Source of the DNA: an uncultured Enterobacteriaceae bacterium
GTDB taxonomy: Bacteria > Pseudomonadota > Gammaproteobacteria > Eutrophobiales > Eutrophobiaceae
Assembly: GCA_964523895.1 (NCBI GenBank)
Contig: CAZGBJ010000007.1
Location: forward strand, 23,000 to 86,999
DNA: 64,000 nt
Direction of reading: 5' to 3'
The notes below the pieces were generated by a model, which worked only from the letters and a program-made list of their open reading frames with translations, ran no database searches and was not told the origin of the DNA. The translations under genes were made by a program, and so were the position numbers. This document shows, in pieces, positions 28,672 through 40,711 of this stretch (position 1 is the stretch's first letter; each line of letters begins with the position of its first letter).

Positions 28672-29963
28672 GTGAAATTGACAATCGGACTATATCCGTT
28701 ATCGGTTTAGGTTATGTTGGCTTGCCTGTTGCAGTTGCGTTTGGTGAAACTTCAAAAGTTATTGGTTTTGATATAAATCAAAAAAGAATATCTGAACTTA
28801 TCGATGGTGTAGATAAAACAGACGAAGTCATAGCTTCCGAACTTGATTCTGCTGATATTATCTTTACATCAGATTTAAACGAGTTGTCGAATGCTGACTT
28901 TCATATTGTTGCGGTTCCTACTCCAATAAACAGTTCTAAAAAACCTGATTTAAAACCACTTTTATCTGCATCAAAAACAGCAGGCCAGATCTTAAAAAAA
29001 GGCGATATCGTAGTTTATGAGTCTACAGTTTATCCCGGGGCTACGGAAAATGAATGTGCTTCTATTTTAGAAGAGGAGTCTGGTTTGGTCAGCGGCAAAG
29101 ATTTTTTTCTGGGCTATTCTCCAGAAAGAATAAACCCCGGCGATAAGAAACATACTTTTAAAACAATTAAAAAAGTAGTTTCCGCACAAGATGAAAATAC
29201 ATTACAAATTGTTGCTGATGTTTATTCATCCGTTGTCGATGCAGGTGTATATAAGGCTGCGTCAATAAAAGTAGCAGAAGCGGCTAAAGTAATTGAGAAT
29301 ACACAACGTGACTTGAATATTGCACTAATGAATGAACTGGCGGTTTTATTTAAACGCATGGATATTGATACACATGACGTACTGGAAGCTGCTGGCACCA
29401 AGTGGAATTTTTTACCATTCGAGCCCGGGCTGGTTGGTGGTCATTGTATTGGTGTTGATCCCTATTATTTGACATATAAATCAGAATCGTTGGGCTATAC
29501 ACCACAAGTTATTCTTTCAGGAAGAGAGATAAATGACAGTATGGGTAAATTTATTGCCGGTTCACTGATAGAGAACCTGGAGAAAGGTGGGAAAGAACTT
29601 GAGGAAATTGTTATCACTATACTGGGTATAACATTTAAAGAAAATGTTCCCGATATTCGTAATACAAGAGTGACCGATATAATAGATGAGCTTGGTCTGT
29701 ACCCTGTAAAAATACAGGTTTATGATCCTTGCGCTGATAGTATTGATGTTAGGGATGAATATCAGATTGATTTAGTTGATGAGTTTGATGATTTAGAAAA
29801 GGCTGATGCCGTTATTCTCGCTGTTCCGCATGATGATTTTATAACACAAGGCTGGAAACTTGTTTCTGAATTGTTACCATCCAAAGATGGTGTTGTTTAT
29901 GATATCAAGAGTATCCTTGATAGAAAGAATAAGCCTGAAGATATTAATCTCTTTCGTCTATAA
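28668..29963 (+). CDS. TviB/WbpA/WbpO-like UDP-N-acetylhexosamine 6-dehydrogenase
   Basis: Long colinear identity stretches to Vi-polysaccharide TviB from memory: [23 protein letters not shown], [26 protein letters not shown], [26 protein letters not shown]. Confidence 0.8.
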   Translation: MSEIDNRTISVIGLGYVGLPVAVAFGETSKVIGFDINQKRISELIDGVDKTDEVIASELDSADIIFTSDLNELSNADFHIVAVPTPINSSKKPDLKPLLSASKTAGQILKKGDIVVYESTVYPGATENECASILEEESGLVSGKDFFLGYSPERINPGDKKHTFKTIKKVVSAQDENTLQIVADVYSSVVDAGVYKAASIKVAEAAKVIENTQRDLNIALMNELAVLFKRMDIDTHDVLEAAGTKWNFLPFEPGLVGGHCIGVDPYYLTYKSESLGYTPQVILSGREINDSMGKFIAGSLIENLEKGGKELEEIVITILGITFKENVPDIRNTRVTDIIDELGLYPVKIQVYDPCADSIDVRDEYQIDLVDEFDDLEKADAVILAVPHDDFITQGWKLVSELLPSKDGVVYDIKSILDRKNKPEDINLFRL

Positions 29964-29990
29964 ATGTATGTTGTTAATTAAGGAAAATAA

Positions 29991-31295
29991 ATGAAAGTCA
30001 CCATGTTAGGTTGTGGTTATGTCGGGCTTGTTTCGGGTACTTGTTTTGCTGAGTTTGGTGCCAACGTCACCTGTTTTGATGTCGACAAAACCAAGGTGAA
30101 AAAATTATTGGAAGGTATTATACCAATATATGAACCGGGTCTTGATGATTTGGTTAAAAAGAATATTGATCAGGGGCGACTTTCTTTCTCGCATGATCTG
30201 AATGACTGTATTTCTGATTCTGATCTTGTTTTTGTAGCTGTAGGTACACCGACAAGACGAGGAGATGGTCATGCTGATTTAAGTTATGTCTATCAAGCTG
30301 TGCAGGATATTGCACCATTCCTAAAAAATTATACTGTGATTGTTGATAAATCGACTGTGCCGGTTGGTACGGCAAGAAACGTTAAACGCATTATTGCCGA
30401 AACAAATCCAGATGCTGATTTTGATGTTGCATCAAATCCTGAGTTTCTTCGAGAGGGCGCAGCGATTACTGATTTTATGCGTCCGGATCGTGTTGTGATT
30501 GGAGTCGAAAATAAACGTGCAGAAAGCGTATTAAGAGAATTATATCGACCTATTAACTTAATTGAATCGCCAATATTATCAACTGATCTTGAAAGTGCAG
30601 AACTAATTAAATACGCATCGAATGCATTTTTAGCAACCAAGGTTAGCTTTATTAATGAAATATCTGTTCTTTGTGAAGAAGTAGGTGCAGATGTTCATGC
30701 CATTGCCAAAGGCATGGGTTTGGATGGACGAATTGGCCGTAAGTTTTTACACCCCGGTCCAGGTTATGGTGGTTCATGTTTCCCAAAAGATACTCAGGCA
30801 CTGGTGCGAACGGCTCAGGAACATGGTGTATCAAGTCGTATTGTAGAAACGGTTATTGAAGTCAATGAAGCACAGAAAGCAAGAATGATAAAAAAAATTC
30901 GCAGTGCGTTAGGGGGAAATGAAAATGGTAAAACGATAGCTGTTTTGGGTCTAACCTTTAAACCTGAAACAGATGATATGCGCGATGCACCTTCTCTCGC
31001 TATATTGCCAAAACTGGTTGAAAATGGTTGCCAAATAAATGCACATGATCCTCAAGGTATCAATGAAGCAAAATTATTATTGCCCTCTGAAATTCAGTAT
31101 CATGATGGTATCTATTCAACTATAAACAATGCTGATGCCGTGGTATTGATGACAGAATGGAATATGTACCGCAATCTGGATATGGATGTCATTAAAGAGA
31201 AACTAAACAAACCTGTATTTGTTGATCTTCGTAATGTCTATGAACCCGATGCAATGAAATCACTGGGTTTTGATTATTATTGTATTGGCAGATAA
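29991..31295 (+). CDS. ugd: UDP-glucose 6-dehydrogenase
   Basis: MLGCGYVGLVSG N-terminus and GGSCFPKD catalytic Cys motif. 434 aa. Confidence 0.8.
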   Translation: MKVTMLGCGYVGLVSGTCFAEFGANVTCFDVDKTKVKKLLEGIIPIYEPGLDDLVKKNIDQGRLSFSHDLNDCISDSDLVFVAVGTPTRRGDGHADLSYVYQAVQDIAPFLKNYTVIVDKSTVPVGTARNVKRIIAETNPDADFDVASNPEFLREGAAITDFMRPDRVVIGVENKRAESVLRELYRPINLIESPILSTDLESAELIKYASNAFLATKVSFINEISVLCEEVGADVHAIAKGMGLDGRIGRKFLHPGPGYGGSCFPKDTQALVRTAQEHGVSSRIVETVIEVNEAQKARMIKKIRSALGGNENGKTIAVLGLTFKPETDDMRDAPSLAILPKLVENGCQINAHDPQGINEAKLLLPSEIQYHDGIYSTINNADAVVLMTEWNMYRNLDMDVIKEKLNKPVFVDLRNVYEPDAMKSLGFDYYCIGR

Positions 31296-31306
31296 AACAT
31301 AGATTA

Positions 31307-31927
31307 ATGAATAAAGTAACGAATCAACATACAATCTGGCATGCGCCTTCAGTCTATCGAAAAGACAGGGAAGAAATGAATGGACACAAAAGTGTCATTG
31401 TCTGGTTTACTGGTCTATCAGGCGCTGGTAAATCCACAGTAGCACATGCATTAGAAGATAGATTACATAAAAACAAAATCAGAACTTTTGTTCTTGATGG
31501 AGATAATGTCAGGCGCGATCTATGTAAAGACCTTGGTTTTTCAGATGATGATCGAACCGAGAATATCAGACGAATCGGTGAAGTAAGTAAACTCATGATG
31601 GAAGCCGGTGTTATAGTTTTGACTGCATTTATTTCCCCCTTTATTAAAGATAGACAAATTGTCAGGGAATTGGCTGCTAAAGGTGAGTTTATCGAAGTGT
31701 ATTGTGATGCTTCACTCGATGTTTGTGAGTTACGTGATGTAAAAGGACTATACAAAAAAGCTCGAGCAGGTGAAATTCCCGAGTTTACAGGGATATCTTC
31801 ACCGTATGAATATCCAAACAACCCTGAAATTGTACTCGATACTGCAAACCAATCGGTAGAAAATGCAGTTGAATGTATAATTGCTTACCTTTGTGAAAGA
31901 CAAATTATAACTATTAATCGTTTATAA
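31307..31927 (+). CDS. cysC: Adenylyl-sulfate (APS) kinase. The supplied ORF start at 31280 overlaps ugd, so the start is probably the Met at 31307.
   Basis: VxWFTGLSGAGKSTVA P-loop, LDGDNVR, and FISPFxxDRQ. Colinear with E. coli CysC. Confidence 0.85.
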   Translation: MNKVTNQHTIWHAPSVYRKDREEMNGHKSVIVWFTGLSGAGKSTVAHALEDRLHKNKIRTFVLDGDNVRRDLCKDLGFSDDDRTENIRRIGEVSKLMMEAGVIVLTAFISPFIKDRQIVRELAAKGEFIEVYCDASLDVCELRDVKGLYKKARAGEIPEFTGISSPYEYPNNPEIVLDTANQSVENAVECIIAYLCERQIITINRL

Positions 31928-31935
31928 AATATCTT

Positions 31936-32436
31936 ATGAAGTTCTGGTATTTAATCCATTCAAAACCTAAAGATGAAAAAGTAGCTCAGGAAAACCTTGA
32001 GAGGCAGGGTTATGAAACCTATTTGCCGTTAATTCTTGGTAGAGCAAAAAAGCGTGGTAAAACAATAAAATCGATTCAACCGATGTTCCCTAGATATCTA
32101 TTCATTCATTTGAGCGATCAAACTGATGACTGGGGGCCTATTCGTTCAACATTGGGTGTCTCTAGTTTGATCCGATTTGGTTTGACGCCAGCAAGAGTAC
32201 CGGAGGCGCTAATAAATTCATTAAAGAATAATGAAAATATTCAAGGAATTCATGAGCTTCCGACTAAACCTTTATCTGCTGGAGATAAATTACTCATCGT
32301 TGAAGGTCCATTTGAGGGATATGAAGCGACCTTATTTAGCCAAAAATCAGATGATAGAGTTATCGTACTATTAAAAATTGCTGAAAATTATGTAAAAGTT
32401 AAGTTAGAACAATCACTTATAGAGCCATTAAGCTAA
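31936..32436 (+). CDS. rfaH: RfaH-type operon-specific transcription antiterminator (NusG paralog)
   Basis: MKFWYLIHSKPKDEKVAQENLERQGYETYLPL matches the RfaH N-terminal NGN domain pattern (WYLLxxKxxxExxAxxxLxRQ) and the size is 166 aa. A canonical ops site is present 0.8 kb downstream. Confidence 0.7.
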   Translation: MKFWYLIHSKPKDEKVAQENLERQGYETYLPLILGRAKKRGKTIKSIQPMFPRYLFIHLSDQTDDWGPIRSTLGVSSLIRFGLTPARVPEALINSLKNNENIQGIHELPTKPLSAGDKLLIVEGPFEGYEATLFSQKSDDRVIVLLKIAENYVKVKLEQSLIEPLS

Positions 32437-32520
32437 TATTATTTTGTCTAATGAAGGAGTGTAACTTCTTCATTTTTTAAAAATCTACTATATTTTTCAC
32501 TATATCTAGTAGTTCATTTC

Positions 32521-33174
32521 ATGAACGCTCTGGTATATACTGTTCAGATAATGAACAATCAGCAAAAAGAAGATACCGCAACGCTAGAAATTCTACAAAC
32601 TATTGAAAATAAAGGGAATTTTACGCAGCGACATCTGGCTGATCAACTTGGCGTTGCTCTAGGTTTAGCAAATTCTTATCTTAAGCGATGTGTCCATAAA
32701 GGTTTGGTCAAAATTCATCAAGCGCCAGCGAACCGATATCTCTATTACCTAACACCAAAAGGCTTTGCTGAAAAAAGTCGATTAACCACCGAATATCTAA
32801 GTAGCTCATTTAACTTCTATCGTCGTGCAAGTGCTTCGTGCTCTGATGTGTTCGAGCAATGTCATGAGCTTGGACATCATAAGGTGTTGTTATGTGGATT
32901 ATCTGAACTTGCAGAGATTGCGAGTCTTAGAGCGAGAGAACAAGGTATCGATATTGTCGGTACGCTTACTCTAGATTCAAAGTCAAAAATGTTTCTTGGC
33001 TTGCCCGTTTGGAATTCATTTGATTTGTTATCCGATTTTGATGCCTGTGTGGTTACCGAAGTGGCAGAACCGAAAAAACTTATTGAATATATGAGTACAC
33101 AAGTTGACTCAGATATTGTTTTTGTACCTGATATTTTAGGAATAAAAAAAGAATCACAAAATAACGCAGCCTGA
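32521..33174 (+). CDS. Putative winged-helix transcriptional regulator with an uncharacterised C-terminal domain
   Basis: The N-terminal 70 aa resemble a MarR-like wHTH (LEILQTIENKGNFTQRHLADQLGVALGLANSYLKRCVHKGLV). The rest is unassigned. Confidence 0.35.
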   Translation: MNALVYTVQIMNNQQKEDTATLEILQTIENKGNFTQRHLADQLGVALGLANSYLKRCVHKGLVKIHQAPANRYLYYLTPKGFAEKSRLTTEYLSSSFNFYRRASASCSDVFEQCHELGHHKVLLCGLSELAEIASLRAREQGIDIVGTLTLDSKSKMFLGLPVWNSFDLLSDFDACVVTEVAEPKKLIEYMSTQVDSDIVFVPDILGIKKESQNNAA

Positions 33175-33214
33175 TTTTTTATATATTAAAAATCAGGCTG
33201 CGTTATTTTGTGAT
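33153..33214. terminator. Exceptionally long perfect hairpin (27-bp stem, 8-nt AT loop) overlapping the stop codon at 33172. Candidate bidirectional terminator or insulator.
   Basis: ATCACAAAATAACGCAGCCTGATTTTT (33153-33179) is the exact reverse complement of AAAAATCAGGCTGCGTTATTTTGTGAT (33188-33214). Flanked by A- and T-runs. Confidence 0.6.
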
Positions 33215-33223
33215 TTATTAAAA

Positions 33224-33262
33224 CACCTAGTGTCAACTTTGACACTAGGTGGCGGTAGCGTG
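33224..33262 (+). promoter_or_regulatory. JUMPstart-like element. A 12-13-bp perfect hairpin (33224-33251) abuts an exact ops site GGCGGTAGCGTG (33251-33262), 64 nt upstream of the ABC transporter start.
   Basis: The 12-mer equals the E. coli ops consensus recognised by RfaH, and rfaH is encoded just upstream. Hairpin is CACCTAGTGTCAA/TTGACACTAGGTG. Confidence 0.7.
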
Positions 33263-33325
33263 CATAAAGCCACATCTAGTTGGTATGAAATATAGATAAT
33301 GTCAAAAAAATATTCTTAAGTACAA

Positions 33326-36098
<2,773 letters not shown>

Positions 36099-36099
<1 letters not shown>

Positions 36100-37259
36100 T
36101 GATTCCTTATAGTCACCAAGAAATTAGTCAAGTAGATATTGATGCTGTTATTAAGGTACTTAAGTCTGACTTCTTGACTCAGGGACTAATGGTCCCGAAG
36201 TTTGAAAGTGCAGTAGCTGAGTATACCGGTGCAAAGCATGGAGTTGCGGTAAATAGTGGCACATCAGCATTACATATAGCTTGTTTGTCACTTGATCTTG
36301 GCGCTGGCGACATTCTTTGGACAAGCCCCATATCTTTTGTCGCCTCAGCAAATTGCGGTCGTTATTGTGGCGCCGATGTTGATTTTGTTGATATTAATCC
36401 TGATACATGGAATATCGATATCTTTGCTCTAAAGGATAAGCTTGTTCAAGCTCGAAAGGAAAAACGACTTCCAAAAGTTGTGGTGCCTGTTCATTTTGCG
36501 GGACAGCCTCCTGAACAAGAAAAGATATGGGAACTAGCTCAGGAGTTTGGCTTTCGTATTCTAGAAGACGCATGCCATGCTATTGGCGCTTCACGAAAAG
36601 GTGAGCGTGTGGGTAGTTGTCGATGGTCTGATATAACCGTTTTTAGTTTTCATCCGGTCAAAATTATTACCACGGGTGAAGGTGGAATGGCTATGACAAA
36701 TGATGAAGAGCTTGCTTGGAGAATGGGGATATTGCGTTCTCATGGAATTTCTAGAGAACCTGAGCGAATGACGAAGAAACATGAAGGCCCATGGTATTAC
36801 GAACAGCTTGAATTAGGCATGAATTATCGGATGACTGATATACAGGCAGCATTGGGAATAAGCCAATTGTCACGAATAGATTACTTCATTGAACAGAGAA
36901 ATTTGTTGGCAAAGAAATATAATGAGAGTTTGATAGGCTTACCATTAAAGTTAACAACAGTTTTGCCGGATAATCGTTCAGCATTTCATCTTTATGTTAT
37001 TCGACTAATGACAGAAAAGGTAAGTTGTTCCCATCGTGAAATTTTTGAATCATTTCGAGAAGAAGGTATCGGAGTTAATCTTCATTATATGCCAATTCAT
37101 TTGCAACCTTATTATAAAAAAATGGGTTTTAGAAATAATTTATTTATGGAAGCTGAAAAATATGCCAAAGAGGCAATCACCTTACCCATGTATCCAGATT
37201 TAACAGATGAACAACATAGTTTTGTTATTAATAAAATTAAAGAACATATAAATGTCTGA
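36099..37259 (+). CDS. pseC: UDP-4-amino-4,6-dideoxy-N-acetyl-beta-L-altrosamine aminotransferase (DegT family)
   Basis: DegT/DnrJ fold with the PseC-like N-terminus IPYSxQxIxxxDIDAVxxVLKSDFLTQG and the PLP Lys region FSFHPVKIITTGEGG. Adjacent to pseB. Confidence 0.75.
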
Positions 37260-37788
37260 AATTTTAAGTGAACATCTTTTTTATAGGGAATTGCAAGAAA
37301 GCGATGTAACAGGCAAGTATGTCCATTGGTTGAATGATCCGGAAATAAATCGATATCTTGAAGTACGGCATGTTACCCAGACTATTGAAAGTTGCATCGA
37401 ATTTGTTAAAGAAATGAATGTAGACCAATCTCAACATCTTTTTGGGATATTTCTAATTCAAAATGGGGAACACATAGGAAATATTAAACTGGGTTTTATC
37501 AATCAATATCATCTTAGAGGGCAGTTGAGTTTGTTTATTGGTGATAGTAATTGCTGGAGGAAAGGATATGCCTCAGAAGCAATTAGAGCCATTACTAAAT
37601 GGGGGTTTGATGAATTAGGTTTGGGAAAAATTGAAGCGGGATGTTGTGAAGAGAATGTGGCATCACGCAATGTGTTTTTAAATGTAGGGTATAAAGAAGA
37701 AGGTTTTTTTCGAGAACACGCTTTGATTAATGGGCAACGCATAGGAAGTTATTGGTTAGGGATTCTCCCAAATGAAATATCTGAATAA
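37252..37788 (+). CDS. pseH: GNAT N-acetyltransferase, PseH-like
   Basis: GNAT fold, 178 aa, between pseC and further pse genes. Confidence 0.6.
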   Translation: MSEILSEHLFYRELQESDVTGKYVHWLNDPEINRYLEVRHVTQTIESCIEFVKEMNVDQSQHLFGIFLIQNGEHIGNIKLGFINQYHLRGQLSLFIGDSNCWRKGYASEAIRAITKWGFDELGLGKIEAGCCEENVASRNVFLNVGYKEEGFFREHALINGQRIGSYWLGILPNEISE

Positions 37789-38650
37789 ACTGGCTCTGGG
37801 GACGGTTCAATTTGGCCAGCCATATGGTGTATCAAATAAACTAGGACAAGTGAGTATTGAAGAAGCGAGAGCAATACTTAATTTTGCTGTAGCAAATAAT
37901 TTCAATACTCTTGATACAGCTATTGCATATGGTGATAGTGAGCTTGTTCTTGGGTCTATTGGTGTTAATCAATGGAACGTTATTACCAAGTTATCAACAA
38001 TACCGGAAGACTGTGAAAATATATCTAGCTGGATTGAGAAGTCTATTGATCAATCATTGGCAAGATTGAATATAAGTAAACTTGAAGGTGTGCTTTTGCA
38101 TTCACCGAAACAATTAATCTCACCAGTTGGAGAAAGAATATTCTCAGCTCTACAGGAGCTTAAAGAGAATAATAAAGTAAATAAGATAGGTATTTCAATT
38201 TACAGTCCTGAAGAGCTGAACGAACTTATTCCTCAATATTCATTTGATATAGTTCAGGCGCCATTAAATATTATTGATCGGAGGATGGTTTCTTCTGGTT
38301 GGTTGTCTCGGTTGTATCAAAGTAATGTTGAAGTACACGTGCGTTCTATTTTTCTTCAAGGGGTGCTTCTAATGAGTGCATCAGAACGTCCGGAAAAATT
38401 TAATCGATGGAGCAAATTATGGGATTGTTGGAATAATTGGTTATCTGAAACTGGTTTTGATGCAATTCAGGCCTGTTTGTCGTTTGTTCTTTTAAATAGA
38501 GAAATAGATCGTGTGATTGTTGGTATTGATAGCCTGGAACAATTAAAGGAAATAATATCGGTTGTTAATAAGCCTCAAGTAGATATTCCAAATTATTTAT
38601 TTAGTAATGACCTCGATTTAATTAATCCTTCCAGATGGAATCAAATATAA
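37772..38650 (+). CDS. Aldo/keto reductase family oxidoreductase
   Basis: AKR N-terminus LGTVQFGxxYG and LDTAxxYGxSE. 292 aa. Confidence 0.55.
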   Translation: MKYLNKLALGTVQFGQPYGVSNKLGQVSIEEARAILNFAVANNFNTLDTAIAYGDSELVLGSIGVNQWNVITKLSTIPEDCENISSWIEKSIDQSLARLNISKLEGVLLHSPKQLISPVGERIFSALQELKENNKVNKIGISIYSPEELNELIPQYSFDIVQAPLNIIDRRMVSSGWLSRLYQSNVEVHVRSIFLQGVLLMSASERPEKFNRWSKLWDCWNNWLSETGFDAIQACLSFVLLNREIDRVIVGIDSLEQLKEIISVVNKPQVDIPNYLFSNDLDLINPSRWNQI

Positions 38651-40674
38651 AAACACTCGCTATTATTCAGGCAAGAATGGGGTCAACTCGATTACCTAAT
38701 AAGGTTATGAGATCTGTTTCAGGTACTCCAATGATTGAATTGTTACTAATAAGGCTTTCACTCTCAAATAAAATAGACAAAATAATTATCGCCACACCCG
38801 ATTCTGTCGAGAATAAATCTTTGGTTAAACATGTCAAAAAACTTGGTTTTGACGTTTTTCAAGGCAGTGAACATGATGTTTTAGAAAGGTTTTACCAAGC
38901 TGCATTACCTTATTCTCCTGAGGCTATTGTACGTATAACTGCTGATTGCCCATTAATTGAACCCCGCATTGTTGATGAAATTATTTCTCGTTATTTTGAA
39001 TCCGATATTGATTACTTGAGTAATACTTGTCCGCCAACATTTCCAGATGGCTTAGATGTTGCGATATTTTCATTTTCTGCTCTTGAGCGCTCTCATAATG
39101 AAGCAACTACTAATTTTCAACGAGAACATGTTGTGCCTTATATTCGTGAATCAGGACTTTTTAAATTGGGTAATTATAGTAACGAAGACAATTTCTCTGA
39201 GGAAAGGTGGACGGTAGATGAGTTAGTCGATTTTGAAGTTATTGAATCGATATTTAAACATTTTCATCCGCGATATGATTTTGATTGGCTAGAAGTACTT
39301 GAACTTAAGAACATTAAGCCGGAGATATTTATGGCAAACCAACATCTTTCACGAAATGAAGGAAGTATATTGGGCACTGGTCAAAAATTATGGAAGCGTG
39401 CTAAACATGTTATTCCTGGAGGCAACATGTTGTTATCTAAGCGTGCAGAAATGTTTTTACCCGAGCATTGGCCTTCATACTTTAGTAAGGCGGAAGGCTG
39501 TAAAGTTTGGGACTTGGATGGAAACGAATTCATTGATATGTCCATTATGGGAATAGGAACAAATATTCTTGGATACGGGCACCCTGAGGTTGACGAAGCA
39601 GTTCACCAAGCTGTTAAATCTGGAAACATGTCGACATTTAATTGCCCCGAGGAAGTATATCTTGCGGAGAAATTAATCGAATTACACCCGTGGGCGAATA
39701 TGGTTCGCTTTGCACGGTCAGGAGGAGAGGCAAATGCTATTGCCATTCGAATTGCTAGAGCGGCATCAGGGAAACAAAATGTGGCTTTTTGTGGATATCA
39801 TGGTTGGCATGATTGGTATCTAGCTGCAAATCTAGGGGATGAAAAGAATCTTAATGGACATTTACTTCCAGGCTTGGAACCTAGGGGGGTGCCTGAATCA
39901 TTAAAAGGCACAGTGCATCCATTTAAATACAATGACTATGATGGGTTAGAGAAACTTGTAAATAAACATAACATTGGCGTGATAAAAATGGAAGTTTCAA
40001 GGAATCAAGAACCAATAGATGGGTTTCTAAATAAAATACGTAAGTTAGCGATTGAGCGTGGTATCGTTTTAATCTTTGATGAGTGTACTTCTGGATTTCG
40101 CCAAACACTTGGAGGTTTACATAAGCTTTATGGGGTTGAACCAGACATGGCAATATTCGGTAAGGCTTTGGGGAATGGTTATGCTATTACGGCAACAATA
40201 GGTAGACGTGAAATAATGGAAGCAGCGCAATCAACATTCATCAGTAGTACTTTCTGGACTGAACGAATAGGACCATCAGCAGGATTAAAAACTCTCGAAG
40301 TTATGGAGAAACTTAGATCTTGGGAACAAATCACAAGAACAGGACAAGAAATCGGAACAAGATGGACATTATTAGCAGATAAATATTCTCTACCAATTAC
40401 GGTGTTTGGTTTACCTGCGCTAATTAAGTTTTCAATTAATAGTCAAAATGCATTAGCGTATAAAACTTTTATTACTCAGGAGATGCTTAGTAAAGGATAT
40501 TTGGCCGGCAACAGCGTTTATGTTTGTACAGAACATACTCCTGCTATTCTTAATGGATATTTTGACGCTATGGAGTCTGTATTTGCACAAATACAAGAAT
40601 GTGAAAATGGTCGAGATATTATGAGCCTTCTTCGAGGACCTATTTGTCATTCGGAATTCAAACGACTGAATTAA
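38635..40674 (+). CDS. Bifunctional fusion. N-terminal CMP-sugar cytidylyltransferase domain (SpsF/NeuA-like, about 230 aa) and C-terminal class III aminotransferase domain (glutamate-1-semialdehyde aminomutase-like, about 430 aa).
   Basis: The N-terminus AIIQARMGSTRLPNKV and ITADCPLIEP belong to the CTP_transf_3 family. The C-terminus has the class III PLP fold (GNGYAI...). 679 aa as a single ORF. Confidence 0.65.
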   Translation: MESNIKTLAIIQARMGSTRLPNKVMRSVSGTPMIELLLIRLSLSNKIDKIIIATPDSVENKSLVKHVKKLGFDVFQGSEHDVLERFYQAALPYSPEAIVRITADCPLIEPRIVDEIISRYFESDIDYLSNTCPPTFPDGLDVAIFSFSALERSHNEATTNFQREHVVPYIRESGLFKLGNYSNEDNFSEERWTVDELVDFEVIESIFKHFHPRYDFDWLEVLELKNIKPEIFMANQHLSRNEGSILGTGQKLWKRAKHVIPGGNMLLSKRAEMFLPEHWPSYFSKAEGCKVWDLDGNEFIDMSIMGIGTNILGYGHPEVDEAVHQAVKSGNMSTFNCPEEVYLAEKLIELHPWANMVRFARSGGEANAIAIRIARAASGKQNVAFCGYHGWHDWYLAANLGDEKNLNGHLLPGLEPRGVPESLKGTVHPFKYNDYDGLEKLVNKHNIGVIKMEVSRNQEPIDGFLNKIRKLAIERGIVLIFDECTSGFRQTLGGLHKLYGVEPDMAIFGKALGNGYAITATIGRREIMEAAQSTFISSTFWTERIGPSAGLKTLEVMEKLRSWEQITRTGQEIGTRWTLLADKYSLPITVFGLPALIKFSINSQNALAYKTFITQEMLSKGYLAGNSVYVCTEHTPAILNGYFDAMESVFAQIQECENGRDIMSLLRGPICHSEFKRLN

Positions 40675-40711
40675 TTGCATCGCATTTAAAGGTGGAATTT
40701 TAATAAATCAA

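Noticed and set aside
31280-31306. Upstream ATG for cysC overlapping the ugd 3-prime end
   Set aside because: CysC homology starts near residue 10 (TIWHAPSVY...). The Met at 31307 avoids a 16-nt overlap with ugd.
33239-33268. Sigma70-like -35 TTGACA with a weak -10 (CATAAA) spanning the ops element
   Set aside because: ops acts in the transcribed non-template strand. A promoter here would leave ops untranscribed, so this is probably a chance match within the hairpin. It is kept as a caveat in the RfaH finding.
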